Origin: Antechinus flavipes
Lineage: Eukaryota
Reading direction: 5' to 3'
DNA: 64,000 nucleotides
Assembly: GCF_016432865.1 (NCBI RefSeq)
Contig: NC_067400.1
Coordinates: 614,110,001-614,174,000, forward strand
This document shows, in pieces, positions 10,214 to 25,159 of this stretch. The translations under genes were made by a program, and so were the position numbers. Each line of letters begins with the position of its first letter. Positions within the stretch are counted from its first letter, which is position 1. The notes under the pieces are model-generated. The model made no database searches and had not been told where the DNA came from. It saw only the letters and a list, made by a program, of their open reading frames with translations.

Positions 10214-13200
10214 TCATCTGGATGCTCCGTCTCCCTCGGGCCCCGGCGTCACCCCCGGGTGGGGCCGCAGCAGCAGGGCTTGGCCGCAGAGGCCGGCCAG
10301 CACCCCTCCGGGGGGCACCACGTAGACCCTGCCGTCGGTGGTCCTGCTCGGGGCCAGCTGTGCCAGCTGCAGATTGCTCTCACAAAGCTGCTGGTAGTCC
10401 CAGAGCTGATAGTGCCAGCTCTTGCCCTGCTTGCAGAGGAGGTAGATGGCCTCCGGGGGATCTGGCAGGGGTGGTGGGGGCTTGCCGGAGGCCGGGTAGA
10501 ACAGGCCCTTCAGCTCCGTGTCCTCCTCATAATCTGGGCTCAGGGCCGGGCCAGGAACCCCGAGCAGCACGCCTGTGGGAGGACAGGGGGGCTTTGCAGA
10601 CGCGGCCTCGGGCCCTCCTCCTTGCGTGAGCCTCTCAGTTGCTTTCTGTCTGCCTCAGTGTCCCCATCAGTAAAATGGACGCCATAACAGCGTGCCCTCT
10701 GGGGGAGTCAAATGAGATGTGAAGGTGCCACCTGCACTACTTAGGGTGGCCTTTCTGAGGGCGGGGGGGCACCCGCACCCCTCCCAAAGATGATGAATCC
10801 AACACTGGGGGGGTCCTCACTGGGCCCTCTGCCCGGTGCCTCAAGCCCAGCAGGTCCCTCTGAAAGGAGCAGAGCTTGGCCCTCGGGCCCGTCCCACCCC
10901 CGTTACCTGCGCCCACGGCCCAGTGCGCCTTGTGCCCCCTCTTCTTGCAGGGCTCGTGATTGAAGTCCTCGTCGTAGCTGGGCGGGGGCAGTCAAGGCCA
11001 AAGCGGGCAGGGCAGGGAGGGCACCCCGGGGGCACCCGGACGGGGACGCCCGGCACGTGAAGGATACGGGACCAGCAGCGGGCGGCCGGAGATGAGGTGC
11101 TGTAGCACGCGGCTTCGGTTGGGCTCCCCGAGGCCTCCGGCCAGCAGCTCCGCCTGGCAGCCGAAGACCTCCTCGGCCAGCCTCGCCATGCTGGCGGCTG
11201 CGGCAAAGACGGGCAGGGGGTCAGCGCGGGCAGACGCGGTCCTCCCCTCCCTGCTCGGCCCCCACCGACCTGAGAACATCTCTCCGTGCGCAGTGTAGCC
11301 CCTCTCCCGAGCCAGGGCCACGATCCTCTCCAAGGGGACGTCCCGGGGGAGCGCCAGCAGAGAGCCCGCCATCCACAGCGCCACCAGGCCGCACCTGTGA
11401 GGGAGGGAGGGCCGGGGGAGGATGGGAGGGGGAGAACCCTCGGGGGGAAAGCGCCGGGCTGGGGTGGGGGCTCTCCCTGCGGGCCGGCCCCCCTCGTCCG
11501 GACCCTCCTGGAGCCTGGAGCCCGGAGGGACCTTTCTGGACTAGTCCAAAGCCTTCACGCTACGGGTGAATGAGCGAGAGCCGGGGCGGGGATCCCAGCA
11601 GCCCCGTGGCTCCTTCCAGGGCTCCCGCACCGGGTCCTACTGCCCGGCCCCTGCCTGTGTCCTTGGCCGAGGTTTACATGGCCGGACTCGGCTCATGGGT
11701 CCCCGAAGGGCTGATGCTGCTTCGTGCATCCTGACGTCGCCCTGTCCCGTCCTCGGGGGAATCCGGACGGGAGCGACGGTGCTCCAGGGGGAGGGGGGGA
11801 CAGGCCCGAGCCTGGTCCCAGGCAAGCTGCGGGGGCGGGGCCAGCCAAGCCCCCTCCTGACCAGGCCCCCCTCCTCCCATCTCACTGCTCCCTGGGCCAC
11901 AGCCCTCTGGGGGCCTTCTCTGAGGGACCCCTCCCTCCCCCCGGCCCGGGAGTCTGAGAGAGGGGTCAAGGGCTACCTACTGGGGGCCTTCCTGGATGAG
12001 AGAGGGCACGTCCGCACAGAAGAGAATCCACTTCAAGTCCCCCCTGAACCTGGAGGAAGACATTGCCCGGAGCGCTCAGAAGCCGGCCCGGGCCCGTCCC
12101 AGAGAGAGGCCGGCAGGGGGCCAACAATGCGGGGGGGACTTCGCGGCCTCCGGCGGCCCCTCACACTCACTCCCGCGCCGCGTACGTAGGAGAGAGAGCG
12201 GGCCGGGCTCGGCCTCAGACTTCTCGGAGGCTTCCGGGGTCAGCCCGGTCCCAGAAGGCAGAGCGCTCGTCCCGGGCAAGGGGCAACGATCATTACCTCA
12301 CAACGGCCCGGGGGCAGGGGCGGCCATTCTCCCCATTTGGCAGCTGAGGAAACTGAGGCAGACTGAGGCGAAGGGGTTTGCCCAGGGTCCCAGGGCCGGA
12401 AAGTATCTGAGGCCACACTTGAACTCAGATCTCCCGGACGCCATGTACCACAAGCCCACAGGCCCCCACTAGCAGAGGTTCCTCCGGCTCAATCTCTTCA
12501 TTACGTGGATGAGAAAGCCGAGGTCATGTGGTCGCCGAACACCTGGGACAAACGGAGGCAGGAGCCCCTGGTCCCCGACCGAGCCTCGTCCCTTCCTGGC
12601 TGCGAGACCTTGGACAAAACCCTTCCTGACCCGTGACTCAGTTTCCCCATCTGTAAAATGAAGAAATGGATTATTGGTCACTAAAGGTATCACATGAACT
12701 GGCAAGTGAGCGGTTAAAGACTTGAAGTGGGGGGGAGCCTCCCCCGCTACACAGAGACTCTGGGGGTGCTCCCGGCTCTGCTGCCCCCATCGCACAGGAA
12801 CTGGAAGCCCCTCCCACTGTGCTGCCCCCATTTGTGCCATCTGCCAGAGGTTCTGGGGGATGCCCCCTGCTGCGCCCCCATCTGCCAGAGGTTCTAGAAG
12901 ATGCCCCCGCTGTGCCCCCATCTGCCAGAGGTTCTAGAGGTTCCAGGAGATGCCCCCTGCTGTGCCCCCATCTGCCCAGAGGTTCTAGGAGATGCCCCCT
13001 GCTGCGCCCCCATCTGCCCAGAGGTTCCAGGAGATGCCCCCTGCTGTGCCCCCATCTGCCAGAGGTTCTGGGGGATGCCCCCTGCTGCGCCCCCATCTGC
13101 CAGAGGTTCCAGGAGATGCCCCCTGCTGTGCCCCCATCTGCCCAGAGGTTCTAGGAGATGCCCCCTGCTGCGCCCCCATCTGCCCAGAGGTTCTAGAGGT

Positions 13201-13612
13201 TCTAGGAGATGCCCCCTGCTGCGCCCCCATCTGCCCAGAGGTTCTAGAGGTTCTAGGAGATGCCCCCTGCTGCGCCCCCATCTGCCCAGAGGTTCTAGAG
13301 GTTCCAGGAGATGCCCCCTGCTGCGCCCCCATCTGCCAGAGGCTCGCTGCCGCAGACTCAGCACAGGACGCAGGCCGCCCCGACATCAGAGGCAGGAGGT
13401 CAGTGCCGGACTGGGGGAAGGGGCGCTGGGCCCTACCGGTCCTTGCTGTGCATCAGGAGCCGCCGCACATCGTCCCGGGCGCCCGGACTCCCTCCGGAGC
13501 CGGCCAGGGCCTCCTGCAGCAGGCGGCTCTTTTCCAGGCCGAAGACGTGGGGGGGCGCGGCAGGGAGGGCAGGGGGCAGGGGAGGGGGCACCGGGCACCC
13601 CGGGGCACTCAT
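10214..13612 (-). CDS. ACTMAP: Actin maturation protease (C19orf54), 6 coding exons, 309 aa
   Basis: Exons 13612-13437, 12049-11981, 11394-11270, 11197-11068, 10977-10907, 10572-10214 (930 nt). HVFGLEKS..LL, FRGDLKWILFCAD, catalytic-Cys motif QEGPQCGLVALWM, YDEDFNHEPC..GHKAHWAV, KQGKSWHYQLW. In-frame TGA at 13624-13622 supports the ATG at 13612. Confidence 0.95.
10978..11067 (-). other. ACTMAP: U12-type (minor spliceosome) GT-AG intron, ACTMAP intron 4, 90 nt
   Basis: 5'ss GTATCCTT at 11067-11060, branch site CCTTGAC at 10997-10991, 3' CAG 14 nt after the branch A; splicing restores the codons P-Y-D-E-D. Confidence 0.9.
12805..13342. repeat. Minisatellite in ACTMAP intron 1 (~41-51 bp, GATGCCCCCTGCTGCGCCCCCATCTGCCCAGAGGTTCTAGGA with a variable 9-bp GAGGTTCTA module)
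   Basis: About 11-12 visible copies. Confidence 0.93.
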
Positions 13613-13929
13613 TCTGGGGGCTCAGAGTCTCCGAGCTTGGCACGGGAGAATTACAGCGTGTGGGAACCCAGAAAGGGACCTGGGTGCGAGTTTTAGGGGT
13701 AGAGGCCAAGAACAGGTCTGGGGAAAGTGACTTTTGAGCAAAGAAGTTCAAGTCTGGGGGTCTAGAGAGTGGGGATGGCCTAGGAAGCAACAGAGAAGTC
13801 AGAGGCCAAAGGTCAAGGTGAGCCCAATCAAGGAGCCAGGAAAGGTCAAGGGTCAGGAAAGCACGTGAGCTGAAGGGCCCAAGTCCCAAAGGGCAGGGAC
13901 CCGGGAGGTAGGGCGGAGAGAAGGGTATC

Positions 13930-14830
13930 AAGGTCGGTGTTTCTAGGCTCCCGCCCACGCCCCCAAACCTCCACCTTCTCAAGATGGCGGCCGCCGCCGA
14001 ACCACGTGACAGATACCTTCCCTTTTCCTCTTCAGCGTCCATCCCCCTCCCCGAATGAGATCACACGCCACGGGAGTCCGTAATAGGTCACGCATTGCTT
14101 ACGTAAGACGCGGAGAAGGAATGAAACTAGGAGACATGCCCCTCCTCTTCTCGGCCATTCCAAGACGAAGCGGGAGCCAAAGTTGCATTGTGATTGGCAA
14201 AGGGTGCGCTTGTGAGGTGGGGCTATCTCTGATTGGTCAGACGTTCAGGCGTCAAGCATCTGGACTGGTTCCCCTAATGATGGGGGCGGAGCCTAGCGCT
14301 GCCGAGCCCCGCGGAGGAAGGACCCACCAGAGAGTCGCCGGTAGCACTCGCGGACGAACGCCATTAGTAAGTATTCCCCGTGGGTGGCCGTCATTGGGCC
14401 GGCCGGGCGGCGCGCTAGGCCTCCGGTGCTCGGATCCCTTCTCAGCGACTCCTCTCTTCTAATTCTCCCGCTCTTCCCTACCGGCTCCCACTTCGGGGTT
14501 CTCCTCCCTGGGGAGAGGGCGGGGCTTCGCGAGCGTGCACCAATGGCGGCGCGCCGGGTCCGGCTTGGGACACGTGGCCTGGGCCTTGCCGGGTACCCTC
14601 CCCCTCGCTTTCCGCCTCTTCCCGCCGCTCTGTAGGCGCCTCGGCGAGCTGCCGGCGTCTGGACGCGGTGGCCGGAGCCCCGCCTCCGGACCTAGGGCCG
14701 TTGCCCGTGGGCATCCGCCGGTGGCCTTGGTTCGGCCCTTCCCGCCCGTAGCCAGGTCGTGGGCGCTGGGCCGGCGCTTCCCCAGCGCGCCCCCCGGCGG
14801 CCCCGCAGTTTCGAATCCTCTCTTCCCCGA
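13930..14830. promoter_or_regulatory. Bidirectional CpG-island promoter ACTMAP(-)/SNRPA(+)
   Basis: YY1 AAGATGGCGGC 13981-13991, E-box CACGTG 14003-14008, palindrome TTACGTAA 14099-14106, inverted CCAAT 14193 and 14232, GC box 14283-14291; lies between two divergent genes. Confidence 0.8.
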
Positions 14831-15827
14831 GCCACGTGACATTGTTCTGTTCCCCTCGTGCTTGGGCGCCGGAGTTCTTTTGTTTGTTAGCGGCCTTTTT
14901 CTAATCTGGCTGGCCCTGAGGGGGTGACTGAGACCAGCTAAAGGCCGTGCCCCTGCTAGCAGTGAGGGAGGGGGGCACTGAAGGAGTTAAACTGCCCCTC
15001 CCCTCCCCCCAGTTAGCGCCCTTTGCTTTGGGTCCTGCCCTTCCTGCCCTCTGACATCCTCATAAAGCTTTTTGCCCCGGAGCCTGTGAACTCTTTGCAT
15101 TTTTGGCTTCCTTCTCCTTTCCTCTCTGGGCTGTTGAGATAATGACCGTGTTCTGTGACCAAAGGACTTCTGAATGGGAATTTCCCCCTGGTCCAGTCAG
15201 CAGCTCCTGGGGGACTGTTGCTCTTGCCCATGATCTCTTGGGATTTTGCGAAGGCCCTTTGCTGACCCCCAGGCCGTGACCTTCCTCTCCTGTGGATCCT
15301 CTGGTCTTACTGTCCAGGAGAAGGCGGCCATGGCGTCCACATTGCCCGGGGAAGTGATTCTCCTGCGATCTTTACTTCTGACAAGCATATGTAGCCCCCA
15401 AGAGCCTGCTTTGTGGGAGGCCCTCCATGAGGTGTGGGGACCCCATTCAATCAGTGTTTCTTGGGTGTGAGGGTGGGCCGACGGCTTGCTGCTAAGTACG
15501 GGTGCCTAGGACTGGGTTGGTGGGGGTCTCTTGCCCCGCTGTCCCATGGAAGTTAAGGGAAATAGGTCCAGAGGGAGCAGGAGTCAGAGTTCCCCACTTG
15601 AGTCTAGAGGGCTGGACTGGAATTGGAGGTGGCAGGTTGTGGCCAGTTGTAAGCGCCCCTTGGGTGTTGAGGTCTTGTGGCAGAGGCTGCTCTGACCAGA
15701 GGTGCTGGAGCAAGAAGGGCCTGGGTGATGGCTCTGGGATTCTGTAGGGTGAGAGGCCAAAGGAGGCCCCCAGGCTCGCTAACCCGGGTCCGCTGTCCTT
15801 GCAGGCCAAACACGAGACTTTTCTACT

Positions 15828-19218
<3,391 letters not shown>

Positions 19219-19372
19219 CCCCGCCCCTTCTCCCGGCCCCCCCTCCCCCTTCTTTCCTTCCAGGGTGACCCTCCCCCTGCTCTTCTGCTCGGGGCTGTCG
19301 TCCCCTGAAGGTAAGTCCCTGCTCCCTCCTCCCCCTGTTGCGTGAGTGTGCCTGCCCTGCGTGCATGTGCCT

Positions 19373-19419
19373 CAGCATTGTACCCAGAGTCTGCCCTACA
19401 GACATTGCACCTGGAGCTG
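19373..19419 (+). promoter_or_regulatory. SNRPA: U1A polyadenylation inhibition element (PIE) in SNRPA 3'UTR
   Basis: CAGC-ATTGTAC-CCAG-A-GTCTG-CCCTA-CAGAC-ATTGCAC-CTGG-A-GCTG: three complementary stems and two U1A-binding 7-mers. Confidence 0.93.
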
Positions 19420-19437
19420 TGGGGCAAAATAAAAGAC

Positions 19438-19443
19438 TGCAAG
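19438..19443 (+). terminator. SNRPA polyadenylation signal
   Basis: AATAAA 18 nt downstream of the PIE. Confidence 0.85.
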
Positions 19444-20029
19444 CCTTGGTTTTTCACTGCGTGGTCCTCCTCTCTCCCATGGTCCCCTGGGCCGCTGGGC
19501 TTAGTAGGCGCTCGCCCTCCTCCCACTGGGTGCAAGGGGGGCCTGGGCTGCAGGGTGCCGTGACCCCTGCGACGCGGGAGCCTGCCGCGCCGGGCCTGGA
19601 TGCTGGCCCAGGAAGGCTTGTCCGGTCTGCACCCCTTTGCCAGCTTTCTCCCGGCACGTAGTCTTGGTCTGGGGCACCTTTCTGGCAAAAGGGCTTCGAG
19701 CCGGGGCCTGGGTCAGTCAATCTTGGACCCCGGGGGCGGGAGTGCGCACACCCAAATCAGACTTCTCCCTACATGAGGATGTGTGGATTGTGTAGCATCT
19801 GTCTAGAGCGTGACCCCCTGCTTTCTTCAGGACAGACCCCCTGTCGGGGGCCCCGGGGCCTGCTTCCCACCCACTGTTTGGCTCCTGAACTGGCAGCAGG
19901 GTCCACACACGTCTGGATTTGCAGTTGGCATGAGCTTTGATTCAGTGCCCTTCATCTGTCATGCATGACCAGGCAAAACCTGGGCCTTGGGTAACCCCTC
20001 TGTAAAATGGGGAGGGCAACTGGGGTGTC

Positions 20030-20145
20030 AGTATATAGAACCAGGCCTGGCATCCTGGGTGCAAACTCGGTCTCCAGCACTTCCTAGCTGTGCGACACTG
20101 GGCAGATCACTTCACCCTGTCTGCCTCAGTTTTCTCTGTAAAACA
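20030..20145 (+). mobile_element. MIR/CORE SINE fragment
   Basis: CTAGCTGTGCGACACTGGGCAGATCACTTCACC..CTCAGTTTTCTCTGTAAAA core. Confidence 0.65.
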
Positions 20146-21182
20146 AGCTGAAGACAGAAGTGGCAAAGCCTGCGGTTCGTTCTCTGCCAAGAAAACCCCA
20201 AAATGGATTCACAAGTCAGACCCGACCCAAGTGACTGCACAGCTGCAAACGGGGCACCTTGTGAGCCCTAGTTTTGTGCTCCTTTGACGGCGGGAGCGAC
20301 CGACTTGCCCCGGGGGAGGAAGGGAGCCAGGAAGTTAGGGGCATTCACCTCCCCAAAGCTTTGGGAACAGAACGCAGGATTGAGGGTGCAGTCAAGTAAA
20401 GCAGAGAGAGGGGAGAAATCCTGCTCGGGGAAGATGGGGGTGACCAGAGGGAAGGTTCGGAGGAGGGGCCGGGGGTTGAAGGCAGAGGCTTGGTGATGGC
20501 ATGTTCTAGCACCTTGGCCAGCTCCCCATCATGGGTGCTCTTCAAATGGCTTTCCTAGGCCCCACGTGGGCTCAGCAGCTGCTGTGATTTTTCTTCTTAG
20601 AGATCAGTTACCCCAAAGCAAGGCGTGGAACAGCCACGGGAGGTTTTCATCTCTGCATCAACCAGGGACCTGGAGGACTCGGGAAAAGGGCTGGGCGAGG
20701 CAGCTAGGTGGTGCAGCACGTAGGGCGTTGGCCCTTAAGGCCCGGTGTTCAGATCTGGCCCCCAGCACTAGCTTTGTGAGCCTGGGGAGGAAAGGACTGA
20801 TCCTAGCGTGGCTGGAACCCCAGGGAGGATGAGACCTGGGACTGCATGGAGAACTCCAGCGAGGAAGGTCAGGCCTGTCTTTGTGACTTAGTTGCCCAAG
20901 AGGGTTAATGATGCTCGTGGGCCACAGGCAACACTGGCGCTCCGGGCCGGCTCTCCGATCGGCCTCCTGGCTACCGCGAAGTTTGGAAGGAGGGGTGGGT
21001 GGGAAGAAGTGGCTTGTACCCAGCAGGACTTTCATTTCTTCTCAAGAGTGTGGCGGCAAGAGGTGCTGAGGATTTTTACTCAGACTTAGGATTTAGGGTA
21101 TTAAAGTAACTCTGGAAGATGGGTTGGGTCAAGGGTGATGCTTGAAAGGGAAAAGGAGCATATTTGGCTGATAAAAGCAAGA

Positions 21183-21312
21183 GGGCCACCTAGGTGGCGC
21201 AGTGGGTAGAGCACCGGACCTGAGTTCAAATTTGGCCTCGGACACATGATGCCTCCTAGCTGTGTGATCTTGGCCAAGTCACTTAGCCCCAGTTGCCTCA
21301 GCAAAAGAAAAG
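21183..21312 (+). mobile_element. Marsupial tRNA-derived SINE (MAR1/WSINE1-like)
   Basis: CTAGGTGGCGCAGTGG A box, GAGTTCAAAT B box, TGTGTGATCTTGGCCAAGTCACTTA core, A-rich tail. Confidence 0.85.
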
Positions 21313-21319
21313 GTTAAAA

Positions 21320-21830
21320 GCAAGAAACAATGGATTTAGAGACCTAATCAATGTGAGTGAAGAGAAGACATTGAGGAGAGATGAGACGAAGCAATGGCTA
21401 GGGGGAATAAGAAAGCAGTCAGGGCCAAAATAGCCTACTTGGGTCACTCCCAGGGAGTGCTCTCAAGTGGCCTAAAGGAGGCACAGGATTTGGGGGAGAA
21501 GGTGAGGTCTACAACCTTTCATGAGGAGCTGGTGATGGGTAGCGTACAGGCATCCATGACACGTGTTGAAAAGTTGGGAGGGGGCAACATGTGGATTTGG
21601 GAGTCATATTAGAGCTGAAAATTGAACCCATGGAGCCCTGAGATCACAGAAGAGGGCCTGGGGGTGACACACATGCTTTGGGACCAGGCAAGGGAAGAAG
21701 GTCTGGCAAAGGTGGTTAACAGTGTCAAAACCTGCTGAAAAGTTGGAGAAAAGGGAAGGAATCGACCATCTGCAGGCAGGGCCAGATGAATTTTTGAAAA
21801 CATGGGAGACCTGGGCACATTTGTAGGTGG
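21320..21830 (-). mobile_element. Degenerate L2 LINE fragment
   Basis: Purine-rich L2-like text (AACAGTGTCAAAAC..CTGCTGAAAAG, GAGCTGAAAATTG); recognised by eye only. Confidence 0.45.
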
Positions 21831-23459
21831 AAGGCTCAGGAATGAGTAGGGGAGATACCTAATAGGGAATGATGGGAGGACACACGGAATAGGGAATGAT
21901 GGGAGGACACAGAATAGGGAATGATGGGAGAATTAATAGGGAATGATGGGAGGAGAAAGCTTTGGGGAGACCAAGGAAGGACAGGGCCGGGGCTGAGGAT
22001 CCCAGCATACCCCTGCATGGGGCATTGGAATCCCAGGCTATGCTGAGTGCACTGCTTTGGTGATGGCGGCCTTGCCCTCCTGGTGAATATATAGTCCTGG
22101 GAGGAGCTGGGGATGAGGGAGCTGGAAGGGATTCCCAGTCCCAGGAGGATCCCCCAAAACGGTCAGGGTGGAAATCACATCTGTTGAACCTTGGAAATAC
22201 TTCAGTAGACCATAAGGAACCTCCATCCCAGTCATGCCAGGTTTCATGAGGTAGAAGGGGGTGGGATGAGAACTAAGAGTTTCCCCAGAAATGGAAGAGC
22301 TGTGAAGGGCCTTGGTGAGACAGGTAGACAGTAGGCTTCCATTGAATATTTTTTGGGCTCCTAGTGTTGCTCAAAAGATGGCAGGTGGCAGAGGAGCAAA
22401 AAGGAATCATGGAAGAAGCTGATTTCAGCTCAGTGGATCCAAATATAGTATCGGCTGATGTTGAGAGCTGACGGTAGTGAGCTCCCTCACTGGAGGCTCC
22501 TACCTGGACGACCACCGATCAAGGATGCTGTAGGACAAATGCCTGCCCTGGTGTGGCCTGGAGGAAGGCCCTGGCAAAGTCTTCTAAATTAGAGTCTGTG
22601 ACAACTCAACTTTGTCTTTCCCCCTTTGAGTGGATCTTTTCCCACTTGTATAAGATGACGGGTTTCTGGTGCTTTGGGGAAAACAACTGGATTCAGGACC
22701 CGAGTTCAGCCCTGCAGCTCCCTCCCTCATTACCTTAGGGGTCTCTTCCCCTTCCTGGGTCTCTACTCTTCCATCTGTAAAGTGCAGTGGTTGGAGCAGG
22801 TGCCTTCCAACTTTCCATTTCTTATTCCTCTTTCTGAAATGAGGGGGTTGGTCCCCCTGGAGCCCCTCTCTATCATCTGCCCAGAACTTAGGCAGCATCA
22901 AATCCCAACTGAATCTTGGCCTCCTGCGCTGCCTCCCGGCCCCACAACCCGAGAAGTCAGGAGAGGAAGGCAGAGCCTGGAATCCTGCGGAGAATTTCCT
23001 GTGGGCAAGGGAGGAATGGCAAGGGAACAAGGAGGCTCTTGAGGAGATTGGGTGGAGAGGGAGCCGCCTCTCAGGCTCTGCCTTCCTCGCCTGAATTCTC
23101 TGGTTGAGGGGCCAGAGGCGGTGCAGGAGGGCAAGATTCGAGGTTGGGAGCTGATGCTGGCTGGGACCTGGGCAGCTTTTGAGAATAGAGCTCTTTTTCA
23201 GCATTTGCAGGAGGGCAGGAAATACCAGACTAGTTATTTCCCCAAGAGCAGGGTTAATAGCAGTTCCCTAAACCACTTGGAGACTTGGATCTGTCCAAGT
23301 TGGTGAGAGCTTGGCAGCTTACAGAGTGGAGAAGGACTCAGGGCGGGGATGGCAACTACAGAATTGACAGGCAGACCCCCCAGGTGAAGCGACAAGGGAG
23401 TTCTGGTAGTCTCAGTCTGTCCCTTAGACCGCATACAGACCCAAACTTATCCGCGCATC

Positions 23460-24891
23460 ATGATCCGGACCCCTGTTTCTCTGCTCCTTGCTGCCATTAT
23501 TCTCAGCAGCCTCCCCAATCTGGGCTTTGGGGGGCGACTGATGGCCAAACTGGCAGCCAGGAAGCTGTGTGCAGATGAAGAATGCAGCTGTGAGGTTTTG
23601 GGGCATGGGGGGTGGTGGGCACCGGGTGCTGGAGGGGGACAGGGTGGGTGCTTTGGGCCAGGAAAAGAGGGACTGCGATGGGCACCTTCTATTTTCCCAG
23701 AAAGTGGAACAAATGTCATCTCCGGTGCCAGGATTGGATCTGAACAGTCCTGGGCTTTCCTGTGGCTGCTCCGGAGTAGAGTACATTCAGGAAACCGCCT
23801 CCTAAGTATCCCCCAACAATCCTTTCTGCCCTAGACCCTATCTCTCAGGCCGTCGCCCTGCAAGACTATTCAGCCCCAGACTGCCGTTTTCTATCTGTAC
23901 AGCAGGGCCAAGTCGTCTTTGTCTACTCTAAGCTGATGGGCCGAGGACGCCTCTTCTGGGGAGGCAGTGTGAGTCTTGGCTGGACCCTGAAATTGGGAGG
24001 GACGCTAGGATTGGGGTTTGGGGATGAGGGTGGGGAGAAAAAGATGTGGTGGAAGGGATCCTGAAGCCCCCATTTTTTTTTAAGAGATCTAGATAGCACA
24101 GTAATGCCTAAGTTTAAGCCGGCCTCAGATATTTATTAGCTGTTTGGCTCCGAACAGATCACCTCTGTCTGCAGCCTTATTTCTGCAGGGCTGTTGGGAT
24201 GGTCGGGGGTGGTTCTGGCTTGCAAGCTCTTACCATATGCTCCCTACCCCCCATACCAGGTTCAGGGGGAGTACTATGGGGCCCAGCCTGCCCGCTTGGG
24301 CTACTTCCCAAGCAGCATCCTCCGAGAGGACCATGTCCTGAAGCCAGGAAAGGTGGAGGTTAAAACGGAGGTGAGTGACCAGCAGCCCCCGTCACTACCT
24401 TTCTCCCCCTTTTGCTCCCTTGATGATTAAATCCTATCTTCTAATCCCTGACCCACCAAAGTAACCACCAATGGCCTGAGGCAAGCAAGCCCCTTTACCA
24501 TTCTTGGGTCTCAGTTTCCCCGGCTGTTGGCTGAGAGCCTCAGACCGATGGCTTCTCCGAGCTACTCTCAGTTTCCTCATCTGACAGTTTGGGAAGAGTT
24601 AAATGAAATCATTCTAACGCCTTTATTAAGGCTCACATTTTTGGTTAATCTCTTCTGATATTTGCCTGCCCTGCCAATCCCTGGCTCCTAAGCTTTTTTG
24701 TAGAAACATTTTGGTTTCCCTGACACGGGGACTGGCATTTTGGGGACCCTTTCCCCTTCTGCCCAAACTGCTATTTCCCGCGTCCCTCCGCATCCCACTC
24801 TCCACTACCCCCTCTTCCCGCCCGCAAGGTTGCGCCCTTTGCCCTTCCACCTCATCTCTCATTTCAGAAGTGGGACTTTTACTGCCAGTGA
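23460..24891 (+). CDS. MIA: Melanoma inhibitory activity / CD-RAP, secreted SH3-fold protein, 4 coding exons, 132 aa
   Basis: Exons 23460-23589, 23835-23968, 24260-24370, 24868-24891 (399 nt). Signal peptide, KLAARKLCADEECS, ALQDYSAPDCRF, RGRLFWGGSVQG, LGYFPSS, KWDFYCQ*; four conserved Cys. Confidence 0.96.
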
Positions 24892-25159
24892 GTCCAGGCT
24901 GCCCCTGGCCCTGTCTCTGCCCGGCTGGAGAAGCAGATGTTGGCCCGAGCCCCGGGACGTCTGCCGCCCCTCCCCTTCCCGTGCCCCTTGCCCAGTTTTG
25001 TGCCAATAACACCCGTGTGCAGCAGAGTCTGGTCGTGGTGAATTTGTATGTGCTTGTGTACGCGTTAGCGTGTGTAGGTGTAATTAGTTGCTAGGCAGAC
25101 TTTCCCTTCAGAGGGATCCGAAGACCCGGTTATTTTTGCCTCTTTCCAGCAAGGCATTA

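Noticed and set aside
11996-12472. ORF listed as minus strand in the supplied track (MREGTSAQKR...)
   Set aside because: The translation matches the plus strand (ATG 11996, TAG 12470-12472), so the label looks wrong. It is antisense to ACTMAP exon 2 with no recognisable protein features.
12470-12543. Possible poison exon in ACTMAP intron 1 (acceptor TTTGTCCCAG| at 12543, stop within six codons)
   Set aside because: No convincing donor or conservation evidence from the sequence alone.
12805-13342. CRISPR-like regular repeats (also 7712-8655, 48590-48870, 52170-52690)
   Set aside because: No unique spacers, no cas genes, vertebrate intronic context; these are minisatellites.
21183-21312. Pol III A/B boxes suggesting a tRNA gene (also 61311-61413)
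   Set aside because: No cloverleaf; they continue into CORE-SINE sequence.
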